This document shows, piece by piece, positions 45,394 through 54,480 of a stretch of DNA of 64,000 nucleotides. Source of the stretch: Tissierellia bacterium (GTDB taxonomy: Bacteria; Bacillota; Clostridia; Tissierellales; Peptoniphilaceae); the NCBI GenBank assembly GCA_030537855.1, contig JAUNVD010000002.1:19745-83744 (forward strand). The letters are read 5' to 3'. The translations under genes and the position numbers were made by a program. Each line of letters begins with the position of its first letter. Position 1 is the first letter of the stretch. Below the pieces are notes generated by a model. That model did not search any database and had not been told where the DNA came from. It saw only the letters and a program-made list of their open reading frames with translations.

Positions 45394-46836
45394 ATGTTAC
45401 TATTTTTATTAGGAATGGCAATTCTTCTTGTAGGAGGTTATTTTTACGGGAGATATTGCGAAAAAGTTTTTGGTCCAGATGATCGACCAACACCAGCACA
45501 AACAATGGCTGATGGGATTGATTATGTGGAGATGGATTCAAAACGAAATATGTTAATTGAATTACTTAACATAGCAGGGACTGGACCGATTTTAGGGCCG
45601 ATTCAAGGGATTTTATTTGGACCAATTGCTTTTATAAGTATTCCCATTGGTTGTGTTTTAGCAGGTTCACTACATGACTATTTTGTAGGAATGATTTCCA
45701 TGCGTAACGAAGGTGGACAAGTTCCGAAACTTGTCAATCGTTATATGGGTGGAACAACCAATAAAGTTTATAATGTTGTTATTTGGATTTTAATGTTATT
45801 AACTGGAGTTGTCTTTATTTATACCCCTGGGGATCTAATTGTGAATGATGTTATGCATATGGATGTTAATTCATCTGTGATTTGGGTTGTTTATGGTATT
45901 ATTTTCTTATATTATATTATTGCAACTTTATTCCCAATTGATAAGATTATAGGTAAAATATATCCTATTTTTGGGGCGATATTAATTGTTTCTGCTATCG
46001 GGATTTTTGTTGGAATACTATTTGATGGAGGAGCAAATTTACACTCCATGACTGGTGGATTCTTAATGAAACATCCTGGAGGTCAAAAATTTATTCCTGT
46101 ATTCTTTATTACTGTAGCTTGTGGTATTATGTCAGGATTCCATGGGTCTCAAGCAACACTAATTTCACGTACTGTAGGAAGTGAAAAGGACGGACGAAAA
46201 GTGTTCTACAACATGATGATTGCAGAAGGATTTATTGCAATGTGTTGGGCAGCTGGGGCTATGATATTGTTTAATCGTGGAACCGCTCTAGATACTGGTG
46301 CTACTCTTATGGTTGGTAATATTTCAAGAGAATTTATGGGTAAAATTGGAGGATATTTTGCTATTGTTGGTGTAATTGTTCTTCCGATTACTTCTGGAGA
46401 TACTGCGTTTCGTTCTTTAAGACTTATGGTTGCAGAACAGTTCAATATAGACCAAAAGGTTGCTAAAAATCGAATTGTTTTATCTATTGTTCTATTTATT
46501 CCAGCGATGGCTATTTTGTTTTTTGCAAAAACGAATTCTGCAGGCTTCCAAATTCTTTGGAGATACTTTGGATTTGCAAATCAATTGGTAGCAGTTTTTG
46601 CTTTGGCAATGATTACCGTATACTTAAAAGTTGAAAATAAAAATTACTGGATTTCCTTAATCCCAGGTTTATTTTATACTTTTATTGTTGCGTCCTATAT
46701 TTTCAATGCTCCAATTGGTCTAAATTTACCTTTAACGATTGCATATATTATTGGTATTGGATTTATGGTATTCTTCTATTACTTTACTACCAATACGGCA
46801 AAACGAAGAAGAAAAATAATTTTACAAGGAAAATAG
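45394..46836 (+). CDS. cstA: carbon starvation protein A-family transporter
   Basis: Polytopic membrane protein with the CstA-like segment NIAGTGPILGPIQGILFGP. Confidence 0.75.
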   Translation: MLLFLLGMAILLVGGYFYGRYCEKVFGPDDRPTPAQTMADGIDYVEMDSKRNMLIELLNIAGTGPILGPIQGILFGPIAFISIPIGCVLAGSLHDYFVGMISMRNEGGQVPKLVNRYMGGTTNKVYNVVIWILMLLTGVVFIYTPGDLIVNDVMHMDVNSSVIWVVYGIIFLYYIIATLFPIDKIIGKIYPIFGAILIVSAIGIFVGILFDGGANLHSMTGGFLMKHPGGQKFIPVFFITVACGIMSGFHGSQATLISRTVGSEKDGRKVFYNMMIAEGFIAMCWAAGAMILFNRGTALDTGATLMVGNISREFMGKIGGYFAIVGVIVLPITSGDTAFRSLRLMVAEQFNIDQKVAKNRIVLSIVLFIPAMAILFFAKTNSAGFQILWRYFGFANQLVAVFALAMITVYLKVENKNYWISLIPGLFYTFIVASYIFNAPIGLNLPLTIAYIIGIGFMVFFYYFTTNTAKRRRKIILQGK

Positions 46837-46838
46837 AC

Positions 46839-46868
46839 AAAAAAAAGACGTCCTTATGGGCGTCTTTT
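46839..46868. terminator. bidirectional intrinsic terminator
   Basis: AAAAAAAAGACGTCC-ttat-GGGCGTCTTTTCC. Confidence 0.75.
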
Positions 46869-46872
46869 CCTA

Positions 46873-47535
46873 TTATTCTTCTTCTGCATCAGGAACTTCT
46901 TCTCCTTCTGTTTCATCAACAGTTGGAACATCTGCTGCATCAATATCTAATTCTTCTTCATCTTCAGGAATTTCTTCTTCTCTTGGTTCACTTAAGGAAC
47001 AAACAGGTTCATCAAGAGGGGTTAAAACTGTAATATTTTCAATAGAACTTACATCTAAGTCTGCAACTGTAAGTACATCTCCAATTTCCATATCCTGTAC
47101 TTCTACCTCTCCAGCAGAAGGAAGGTTTCCAGGTAAACATTCTACTTCCACTTCATCTAGATGCTGTAAAAGAACAGATGGTTGTGCTTGGATATCATCA
47201 CGATTGTGTAGAATAACCGGAATAGATAAGCGAAGTTTTTCCTTCATATTTACTCCATATAAATCAAAGTGTAAAATTTGATTTTTGAATGGATGCATTT
47301 GTACTTCTTTAAAAAGTACCATTTTTTGTTCCCCATCTAGACTTAATTCTACTAAGTTTGAAGTACCAGCTTCATTGACTATTTTTTCCAACTCTCTTTG
47401 AGCTGCTAGAATCGGTACATTTTCTTCACCTTTAGTATATAAGATTCCAGGAATCAACTTTTCATCACGAAGTTTGTTAACCTTGTTTTTACCAAGGCCC
47501 TCCCTTTTTTCTACACTAAATGTCATTTTGCTCAT
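46873..47535 (-). CDS. ctc: 50S ribosomal protein L25 / general stress protein Ctc with an acidic C-terminal tail
   Basis: REGLGKNKVNKLRDEKLIPGILYTKGEENV is typical of L25/Ctc. Start at ATG 47535, 9 nt after GGAGG. Confidence 0.85.
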   Translation of the reverse strand: MSKMTFSVEKREGLGKNKVNKLRDEKLIPGILYTKGEENVPILAAQRELEKIVNEAGTSNLVELSLDGEQKMVLFKEVQMHPFKNQILHFDLYGVNMKEKLRLSIPVILHNRDDIQAQPSVLLQHLDEVEVECLPGNLPSAGEVEVQDMEIGDVLTVADLDVSSIENITVLTPLDEPVCSLSEPREEEIPEDEEELDIDAADVPTVDETEGEEVPDAEEE

Positions 47536-47593
47536 AATCATTAACCTCCGTTTTATAATTTCAACTTTTCCCAATCAAGGCAATCAATCCTAT

Positions 47594-47601
47594 ATTATAC
47601 A
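47594..47601 (-). promoter_or_regulatory. extended -10 promoter element of ctc
   Basis: TGTATAAT read on the minus strand. Confidence 0.45.
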
Positions 47602-47625
47602 GGAAAAGACTGTAAAAATCCAGTT

Positions 47626-47928
47626 TTATATTTCCAAGGAATTTAATCCTAATATTAAGGATTTTATAATTTCATATCTTATAATATTTTCATCTTCTAC
47701 CTGGGCATCATCTAAGGTAACGGTATTGTGGAAAACTTCTCGATATCCAGGAAAAAAGATTTTAGTATCAACAACTGGCTCTTGATATGTACTACTAAAG
47801 ATAATACATCCTCGTTCCCCTTCGTCTAAGGTATCAATAAATTTAATACTTTCCTCGGGGAAAAACTTTCTGATGATTTCATAAAAGTCATCATCATAAT
47901 CATGACCTTGCATTGCAATACATATCAT
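47626..47928 (-). CDS. small hypothetical protein (100 aa), possibly a stand-alone HemZ-N-terminal-like domain
   Basis: Strong RBS GGAGGTGGG upstream of ATG 47928. The family assignment is only tentative. Confidence 0.5.
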   Translation of the reverse strand: MICIAMQGHDYDDDFYEIIRKFFPEESIKFIDTLDEGERGCIIFSSTYQEPVVDTKIFFPGYREVFHNTVTLDDAQVEDENIIRYEIIKSLILGLNSLEI

Positions 47929-48022
47929 TTGCCCACCTCCCATGGAACTTGGATAAACTTGTTATATTAAAGTATAATAAATATTTTAATAAAAGTAAAC
48001 TCTTTTCAAAAGATTTGGCTTA

Positions 48023-48901
48023 TCAAGGATTTCGTCGCCCATAAAAACATAGAGCCAACATTCCTGTACCTACATGGGCTCCTATAACAGGACTGGTAAT
48101 TACAGAAGGGATTTTATCATTTCCTGTAATGTTTTGAATCATAGGTGTTATCATATCTACACTCTTTTGAGCAAGACTATGGGATATGATGACTTGGTCG
48201 TTAAATTCAGGAAGACGGCTTTTGTCGAAAAGATTAGCAATTTCTTTCATTGATTGACGCATTCCTCTAGCTTTTGTTAAAGGTAATAATTCTCCATTTT
48301 CCGATACATATAAGATAGGTTTAATATTTAATGCTGTAGTAACCATAGCTGTTAAGGCAGAAATACGTCCTCCTCGTTTTAAATGATATAAATCTTCTAC
48401 CACAAATAAATGGACAATACTTTTACTATGTTTCCGTAAGTCATTGGCATTATCTAAAAGAGATAAACCTTCTTCTTTATTTTTAATAGCTCTTTCTAAA
48501 AGAAGTCCAATCCCTGCTGTTGCTGATAAGGTATCTACTACTTCGATTTGACGTTCAGGATATTTATTTTTTAAGTCTCTTGATGTAAGAATTGCTTGAT
48601 CACACATTCCTGAAATTGCAGAATCTAAAGACAAGTATAAAATATCTTCCCCTTGTTCTAAAAATGGAGTAAAAAACTCATTATATTGATAAGCAGTAAC
48701 TTGGGATGTGGTTGGTTTAGATCCTTCTTTTAAAGATGTGTAATATTCTAGAATTTGATCTGGATCAATATCAGGGGTATATGTAAAGGAGGTATCTCCT
48801 ACTGTAACTTCCATAGGGACTACAGGGATAGAATATGTTTCTAAGGTTCCTGGGAAAAAATCTCCTGCAGCATCTACTATTATTTTATATGAAACTGTCA
48901 T
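48023..48901 (-). CDS. DegV-family fatty-acid-binding protein
   Basis: DegV-like sequence along its full length. Start at ATG 48901 behind GAGGTG. Confidence 0.85.
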   Translation of the reverse strand: MTVSYKIIVDAAGDFFPGTLETYSIPVVPMEVTVGDTSFTYTPDIDPDQILEYYTSLKEGSKPTTSQVTAYQYNEFFTPFLEQGEDILYLSLDSAISGMCDQAILTSRDLKNKYPERQIEVVDTLSATAGIGLLLERAIKNKEEGLSLLDNANDLRKHSKSIVHLFVVEDLYHLKRGGRISALTAMVTTALNIKPILYVSENGELLPLTKARGMRQSMKEIANLFDKSRLPEFNDQVIISHSLAQKSVDMITPMIQNITGNDKIPSVITSPVIGAHVGTGMLALCFYGRRNP

Positions 48902-49044
48902 GCTACACCTCATTTCTTAAATTGGTATCATTAATTATAACACGAAAATAGGAAGAGGGACAAAATTTTATAAATTATATTAGAAAAGAGGTGTAAATTG
49001 ATAAAAATCATATTTTAAAAAAGCGTGAAATATAAAGTAATACC

Positions 49045-49073
49045 TTGACAAAGAATTGTTTATTACATATACT
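49045..49073 (+). promoter_or_regulatory. sigma-A-type promoter of ilvE
   Basis: TTGACA - 17 nt - TATACT. Confidence 0.6.
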
Positions 49074-49111
49074 AATGAGTTAAAGAAGCCAAAGTAGAAA
49101 GGATGGTTAAG

Positions 49112-50032
49112 ATGGATAAGAGTTATGTTTATTTTAATGGTAAGATTGTTGAAGAGGAGCAAGTATCCATAAGTATTCGAAGTAAAGTCGTAAATTATGG
49201 CTTAGGTGTTTTTGAAGGTATTCGTGCTTATTGGAATCCAGATCAAGAACAATTATTTGGATTTAAAATGTTAGAGCATTATGAAAGATTTCTTCTATCA
49301 GCAAAGGCAGTTAATATAGAAATTAAAGAAACGGCAGAAGAGTTAGTGGAAATTACTGCTGAGCTTCTACGAAAAAATGAATTTAAAACGACTACTTATA
49401 TTAGGCCTTTAGCCTTTAAAAATGATTTAAGCATTGGTGTAAGTCTAAAGGGAAATGAGAATGATACGGTAGCCATCTTTTGCCAACCTTTAGACAAATA
49501 TATTGAAAAAGACGAATTTCGTGTAGCTGTATCCTCTTGGACTAGGATTGCTGATAATATGCTACCACCTAGAACCAAGGCAACGGCAGGGTATATGAAT
49601 TCTGCTTTAGCAAATATGGAAGCTGTGGATAATGGATTTGATGAAGCCATTCTTTTAAATCGTCATGGTAATGTATGTGAAGGACCAGGAGAAAATATTT
49701 TCTTAGTTAAAAGAGGTGCACTAATCACACCACCTGTTGCTGATGATATTCTAGAAGGAATTACAAGACAATTGGTTATGGATTTAGCAAAAAATGAACT
49801 TGGTATTCCAGTGATTGAACGTTCCGTTGCAAGGACAGAACTTTATAATTCGGAAGAAGTATTTTTCTCTGGAACAGCTATGGAAGTTGCTCCTATCGTA
49901 GAAGTGGATAGACGTATGGTTCACAATGGAAAACCAGGTCCTATTTACAAGGAGTTAAAAGAATTATTTTATGCTATTACCCATGGTGAAAAAGAGGAAT
50001 ACAAGGACTCTTTAACTCCAATCTATAAATAG
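49112..50032 (+). CDS. ilvE: branched-chain amino acid aminotransferase (fold type IV)
   Basis: Class IV aminotransferase sequence (GLGVFEGIRAY ... EGPGENIF ... GITR). ATG 49112 has better RBS spacing than ATG 49103. Confidence 0.85.
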   Translation: MDKSYVYFNGKIVEEEQVSISIRSKVVNYGLGVFEGIRAYWNPDQEQLFGFKMLEHYERFLLSAKAVNIEIKETAEELVEITAELLRKNEFKTTTYIRPLAFKNDLSIGVSLKGNENDTVAIFCQPLDKYIEKDEFRVAVSSWTRIADNMLPPRTKATAGYMNSALANMEAVDNGFDEAILLNRHGNVCEGPGENIFLVKRGALITPPVADDILEGITRQLVMDLAKNELGIPVIERSVARTELYNSEEVFFSGTAMEVAPIVEVDRRMVHNGKPGPIYKELKELFYAITHGEKEEYKDSLTPIYK

Positions 50033-50044
50033 AATAATGGTAAT

Positions 50045-50074
50045 AAAAAATGGAGCGTAAGGCTCCATTTTTTT
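50045..50074 (+). terminator. intrinsic terminator
   Basis: TGGAGC-gtaag-GCTCCA flanked by A- and T-runs. Confidence 0.75.
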
Positions 50075-50156
50075 GTAAAATTTTTTGTCAAAAGAAGGGA
50101 TGTCTTTTCCCATCATTGGTCTTATGATATAATTTACAAGAATGTGAGGTGGTACT

Positions 50157-51398
50157 ATGTTTCCCGTCATTCTTGGAACAGATATTAATGCTTATGGAGT
50201 GGCAAGAAGCTTTCATGAAGCATATGGTGTCAAAAGCTTATGTATTGGGAGAAAGGCATTAAGATATACTAGATCTTCTAAGATTTTAGAGGTTATGGTT
50301 ATATCTAATTTTGATGAAGATACTGTTTTTTTAAAAACTTTAAAGGAAATTGGAGAAAAATATAAAGAACAAAAATTACTGCTGATTTCTTGTGGAGATG
50401 GGTATACTTCTTTAATGGCTAAGTATGAGAATGAGTTAAAAGACTTGTTTTCTTTTAATATTGTGACCAATCAGCAACAACAAGAACTGGAAAATAAAAT
50501 TGACTTTTATAAAATATGTGAACAATATGGTTTAGATTATCCAGAAACTCTTCTAATTTCTAAAGAAATGGTTGAGAAAAAAGTATCTTTACCTTTTGAA
50601 TATCCTGTGGCTCTTAAACCTAATGACAGCATTTCCTACTTGGATTTAAATTTTCCTGGAAAGAAAAAGGCCTATAAAATAGAAACGGAAGAAGAGTTAA
50701 ATAAAGTGTTACAAGACATATATAAAAGTGGATATAAAGATTATATGATTGCACAGGATTTTATCCCTGGAGATTCGGATACGATGGCTGTTTTAAATGC
50801 TTATGTAAATCGTAAAGGAAAGGTTAAGATGATGTGTCTAGGTCAATGTTTACTAGATGCTGTTTTACCTGCTGAAATTGGAAATTATAATGCTTTAGTT
50901 ACAGTTGATGGTGAAAAGATTTACCCTCAATATCAAAAGTTCTTAGAGGATTATGGATATCGAGGATTTGCAAATTTTGATTTAAAATATGATATCAGAG
51001 ATGGTAAGTATAAAGTTTTTGAAATCAATATTCGTCAAGGACGTAGCTCTTATTATATGACAGCAGGGGGTTGTAATTTTACGAAATTTTTAGTTGATGA
51101 TTTGGTGGAAAAAAAGGATGAACCTGTTTATTATCATAAAAAGCGAGGACTATGGCTCTATGTAGATCCTTATGTGTTAAAAAAATATGTACCTAGGAGT
51201 ATCTTTCCTATGGCAAAAGCAGAATTAAAAAGGGGTTTTGCTTTTACACAATGGTATGAGAAGGATCGTAATTTTACTCGTTTTCTAGATTATATCCGAA
51301 GGAGATTAAGTTCTATTAAAATTTATCATTATTATGGAAAGAAATCTTCAGGAAGTGTCGGTGGGGAAATGATAGGAAGAACTGGAGAAAAAAGATGA
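50157..51398 (+). CDS. ATP-grasp-domain protein (carboxylate-amine ligase type), substrate unknown
   Basis: ATP-grasp-like segments (YPVALKPN, FANFDLKYD, FEINIRQGRS). Confidence 0.6.
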   Translation: MFPVILGTDINAYGVARSFHEAYGVKSLCIGRKALRYTRSSKILEVMVISNFDEDTVFLKTLKEIGEKYKEQKLLLISCGDGYTSLMAKYENELKDLFSFNIVTNQQQQELENKIDFYKICEQYGLDYPETLLISKEMVEKKVSLPFEYPVALKPNDSISYLDLNFPGKKKAYKIETEEELNKVLQDIYKSGYKDYMIAQDFIPGDSDTMAVLNAYVNRKGKVKMMCLGQCLLDAVLPAEIGNYNALVTVDGEKIYPQYQKFLEDYGYRGFANFDLKYDIRDGKYKVFEINIRQGRSSYYMTAGGCNFTKFLVDDLVEKKDEPVYYHKKRGLWLYVDPYVLKKYVPRSIFPMAKAELKRGFAFTQWYEKDRNFTRFLDYIRRRLSSIKIYHYYGKKSSGSVGGEMIGRTGEKR

Positions 51399-52492
51399 AA
51401 AAAATAATACTACTACTTATGATACTATTGTCTTTGGTGGCTTGTTCTAGTGAAGAGCCTTTAGATATGTACCAAGGACAGTTTTATGAATGTTTTGACA
51501 CTGTTACTTCCGTATCAATTCCTGCAACTTCCGAGGAAGAAGCCCAAGAAAAAATAGACAAAATACAAAAAAGATATGAAGAACTTCATCAACTATACGA
51601 TAAATACCATGAATATCCTGGAATCGTAAATATTAAAACGATTAATGAAAAAGGTCATAAGGAACCAGTGAAAGTTGAAAAGGATTTATTGGATTTGTTG
51701 ATTTTTTCAAAGGAGAACTACAAAAATATTTCAAAGAAAGTGGATATTTCTAAAGGAGCTTTATTAGAGGTTTGGAGCGACTATCGTGATGGTCATGAGG
51801 CTGGATTGGATTTTGAAGGAGAGGAACAAAGAAAAGATAGAAAACCTGAGTTACCTCCAATGGAAGAGTTGGAAAAAGTCGGTTCTTATGGAAGTATGGA
51901 GAATTTAATCATTGATGAAAAAAACTCCACAGTATTTTTAAAAGATCCTAATATGAAACTAGATGTTGGAGCAGTGGCGAAAGGTTTTGCTACAGAAATT
52001 GTTGCTCGAGAATTGGAAAAACAAGGAGAAGACCATATTATACTAAGTGCAGGAGGGAATGTCCGACTAATTGGAAACCCACTAGATCCAAATAAGAAAC
52101 GATTTGTTATTGGATTACAAAATCCAGAAGTTTTAACCGATGATGGAACAGGCTCTAATATCTTAGATGTTGTATATGCAAATGATGTGTCCATTGTTAG
52201 TTCTGGGGATTATCAAAGATACTATGAGGTAGATGGAAAAATTTATCATCATATTATTGATATGGAGACATTATATCCTGGGGATTACTTTAGGGGCGTT
52301 TCTGTTGTAACAAAGGACTCGGGAATAGCAGATTTTCTATCCACTGCCGTTTTTCTTATGCCCTATGAAGAAGGAAAGGCGTTAATAGACTCCTTGCCAG
52401 ATACAGAAGCATATTGGATTTTTGATGATATGTCTGTAAAATATACAGATGGTATGGGACCAATGTTACGTAGTCAAGGAGCAACCAATTAA
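51395..52492 (+). CDS. apbE: FAD:protein FMN transferase (ApbE family) lipoprotein
   Basis: Lipobox LVAC. ApbE motifs GAVAKGFATE and SSGDYQRY. The start overlaps the upstream stop (ATGA). Confidence 0.8.
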   Translation: MKKIILLLMILLSLVACSSEEPLDMYQGQFYECFDTVTSVSIPATSEEEAQEKIDKIQKRYEELHQLYDKYHEYPGIVNIKTINEKGHKEPVKVEKDLLDLLIFSKENYKNISKKVDISKGALLEVWSDYRDGHEAGLDFEGEEQRKDRKPELPPMEELEKVGSYGSMENLIIDEKNSTVFLKDPNMKLDVGAVAKGFATEIVARELEKQGEDHIILSAGGNVRLIGNPLDPNKKRFVIGLQNPEVLTDDGTGSNILDVVYANDVSIVSSGDYQRYYEVDGKIYHHIIDMETLYPGDYFRGVSVVTKDSGIADFLSTAVFLMPYEEGKALIDSLPDTEAYWIFDDMSVKYTDGMGPMLRSQGATN

Positions 52493-52501
52493 GGAGTTTT
52501 T

Positions 52502-53002
52502 ATGTTAAAGAATAATATTTTAGGTTGTATCGGTCAAGTTATTCTTGTTTTGCTGACCTTTCTATTTATAAGTCTGATACATATGGGAGAAGGATTGTCT
52601 CAATTTTTCTACTCTGGATTTATAGGAAAGATTTTTTTTATTTTAGTTCCAGCACTATACTATTGGCTTTTTGGAAAATTAATGAGTCGTAGTACAGGTT
52701 GGGCTGGATTGCTTTTTCCTGGACTGAGTATTTTTGGGATTTCCCTTATTCTTGGATTTATTGGATTTTCTGCTTTAGGTAGTCAGTGGATAAACTTGTC
52801 CGTTGGTGAATCTATGTGGAGATTCCCCTTAGAAGTGTTTTTACTGCCACAATATATACTTGCAACTTTATGGAATTTACCTAAAGAAGAATATACTTTG
52901 TTGATTCTTTCTTGTGTCCCTGGGTTAATTTATACCATTAGTTTACTTGGAGGTAGACATAAAATTCGTCAAAGACGGAAAAGAAGGGGAGAGTATCTAT
53001 GA
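52502..53002 (+). CDS. hypothetical integral membrane protein (166 aa)
   Basis: About 5 TM segments and RBS AAGGAG. I recognise no family. Confidence 0.55.
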   Translation: MLKNNILGCIGQVILVLLTFLFISLIHMGEGLSQFFYSGFIGKIFFILVPALYYWLFGKLMSRSTGWAGLLFPGLSIFGISLILGFIGFSALGSQWINLSVGESMWRFPLEVFLLPQYILATLWNLPKEEYTLLILSCVPGLIYTISLLGGRHKIRQRRKRRGEYL

Positions 53003-53526
53003 AAAGTAAGGGAAATTACTTTATTCTTTTTTTAATCCTGGTTCTTACTACTTGGGTGAGCTTACATGGAAAAGGAAATTATGAAAGTGTTAGAATTACC
53101 AGAGTGATTGACGGAGATACCGTAGTTGTGGATAACAATGAAAAGGTACGTATTATCGGAATGAATACCCCAGAAGTAGGAAAAAGAACGGAGCCTTATG
53201 GGGAGGAAGCAAAGGAATTTGCAACTCATATATTATTGGGAAAGGATGTTTACCTGGAAAAGGATGTTTCTGATAGAGATAAGTATGGGCGTTTGCTCCG
53301 TCATATTTGGTTAAAGGATCCAAAAAAAGGGATATTGGAAGAGGATAATTATGGAGCCATTGCTTTAAAAGAAGGATATGCTCAAGTATATACTTTTCCA
53401 CCAGATGTTAAATATGAAAAAAAGTATTTGGAAATTTCTCGTAAAGCAAGGGAAGAAAGGAAAGGTCTTTGGGGAATCAATATTAATGGAACCACCAGGG
53501 GTGAAGTTCCTGGAGGTCAGTTTTAG
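52999..53526 (+). CDS. thermonuclease (staphylococcal nuclease-like), membrane-anchored or secreted
   Basis: SNase motifs (VIDGDTVVV, VRIIGMNTPE, YGEEAKEF, DKYGRLLRHIW) and an N-terminal hydrophobic anchor. Confidence 0.8.
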   Translation: MKSKGNYFILFLILVLTTWVSLHGKGNYESVRITRVIDGDTVVVDNNEKVRIIGMNTPEVGKRTEPYGEEAKEFATHILLGKDVYLEKDVSDRDKYGRLLRHIWLKDPKKGILEEDNYGAIALKEGYAQVYTFPPDVKYEKKYLEISRKAREERKGLWGININGTTRGEVPGGQF

Positions 53527-53534
53527 GAGGAAAT

Positions 53535-54068
53535 ATGTATAGTTATAATATGGATGAATTGAATAAACAAGCCATTGCTGGTTTAAAAAGTAAAGGGGTA
53601 GAACTTCACGATATTGCAAAATTAGTTTACTTTTTACAAGAACGTTATATGGAACATTTGACGATGGAACGATGTTTAGAAAATGTAGAAGCTGTTTTAA
53701 GAAAACGAGAAGTTATTCACGCAGTATTAACAGGTCTTGCCATTGATGAAGTAGCAAATAAAAAATTACTTCCTGAGCCCTTACAAAGCATTGTAGAAAA
53801 TGATGAAGGCTTATATGGGATAGATGAAGTACTTCCTTTAGGAATTGTTAATATATATGGAACCATTGGTCTAACAAATTTTGGATACTTAGATAAGGAA
53901 AAGGTAGGAATTATCAAAGATCTAGATGAACGAAAGGGAAATGAAGTGACTACCTTTACAGATGATTTAGTAGCTGCAATAGCAGCAGCTGCTGCTTCAC
54001 GTCTTTCGCACCAGAATTATGAGGAAGAATGGGGTACTAAGGATGTAAAACGAAAGATAGATGAATAA
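53535..54068 (+). CDS. phosphatidylglycerophosphatase A-family protein (YutG-like)
   Basis: REVIHAVLTGLAIDEVANKKLLPEPLQ ... LYGIDEVLPLGIVNIYGTIGLTNFGYLDKEK resembles Bacillus subtilis YutG as I recall it. Confidence 0.6.
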   Translation: MYSYNMDELNKQAIAGLKSKGVELHDIAKLVYFLQERYMEHLTMERCLENVEAVLRKREVIHAVLTGLAIDEVANKKLLPEPLQSIVENDEGLYGIDEVLPLGIVNIYGTIGLTNFGYLDKEKVGIIKDLDERKGNEVTTFTDDLVAAIAAAAASRLSHQNYEEEWGTKDVKRKIDE

Positions 54069-54075
54069 TTATTGT

Positions 54076-54114
54076 AAATAAACATTAGTACAATTTATGT
54101 ACTGATGTTTATTT
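54076..54114 (+). terminator. intrinsic terminator (17-bp stem)
   Basis: AAATAAACATTAGTACA / TGTACTGATGTTTATTT. Confidence 0.75.
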
Positions 54115-54153
54115 TATTATCAGGGAAATGATTGTGTCTAATTTCACAATTTA

Positions 54154-54162
54154 TGTTATAAT
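54154..54162 (+). promoter_or_regulatory. extended -10 promoter element
   Basis: TGTTATAAT about 30 nt upstream of the 2Fe-2S gene. Confidence 0.45.
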
Positions 54163-54189
54163 ACAGTTAAATAATGAAAGGAGAGGGTC

Positions 54190-54465
54190 ATGAAAGTTCA
54201 ACTTTGTATGGGTGCCAAGTGTACCATGATGGGGGCTAATTCTATTTATGATGCTCTAGATAATCTAAAGGAATTTTGTGGAGAAGACTATCCTTTAGAT
54301 CATCTCAATGATCTTGAAGTGGAGTTGGTCAATTGTCTTGATTATTGTAAAAAGGAAGAAGGAGATGTTTCTCCTGTAGTTGTGATTGACGGTGAGGTAA
54401 TTTATAGGGCCACAGCCCAAGAGGTTAGTGATCGAGTGATTACTGAGTTAAGTCAAGGTGACTAA
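54190..54465 (+). CDS. small thioredoxin-like [2Fe-2S] ferredoxin-domain protein
   Basis: Cys pattern C-x4-C ... C-x3-C (CMGAKC ... CLDYC). It sits directly upstream of the hydrogenase. Confidence 0.6.
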   Translation: MKVQLCMGAKCTMMGANSIYDALDNLKEFCGEDYPLDHLNDLEVELVNCLDYCKKEEGDVSPVVVIDGEVIYRATAQEVSDRVITELSQGD

Positions 54466-54480
54466 ATGTAATAGGGAGGG

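Noticed and set aside
46856-47281. 141-aa Ser-rich plus-strand ORF.
   Set aside because: It is antisense to the acidic (GAA/GAT-rich) tail of L25/Ctc, so the low-complexity Ser/Thr translation is the mirror of Glu/Asp codons. It also starts inside the bidirectional terminator.
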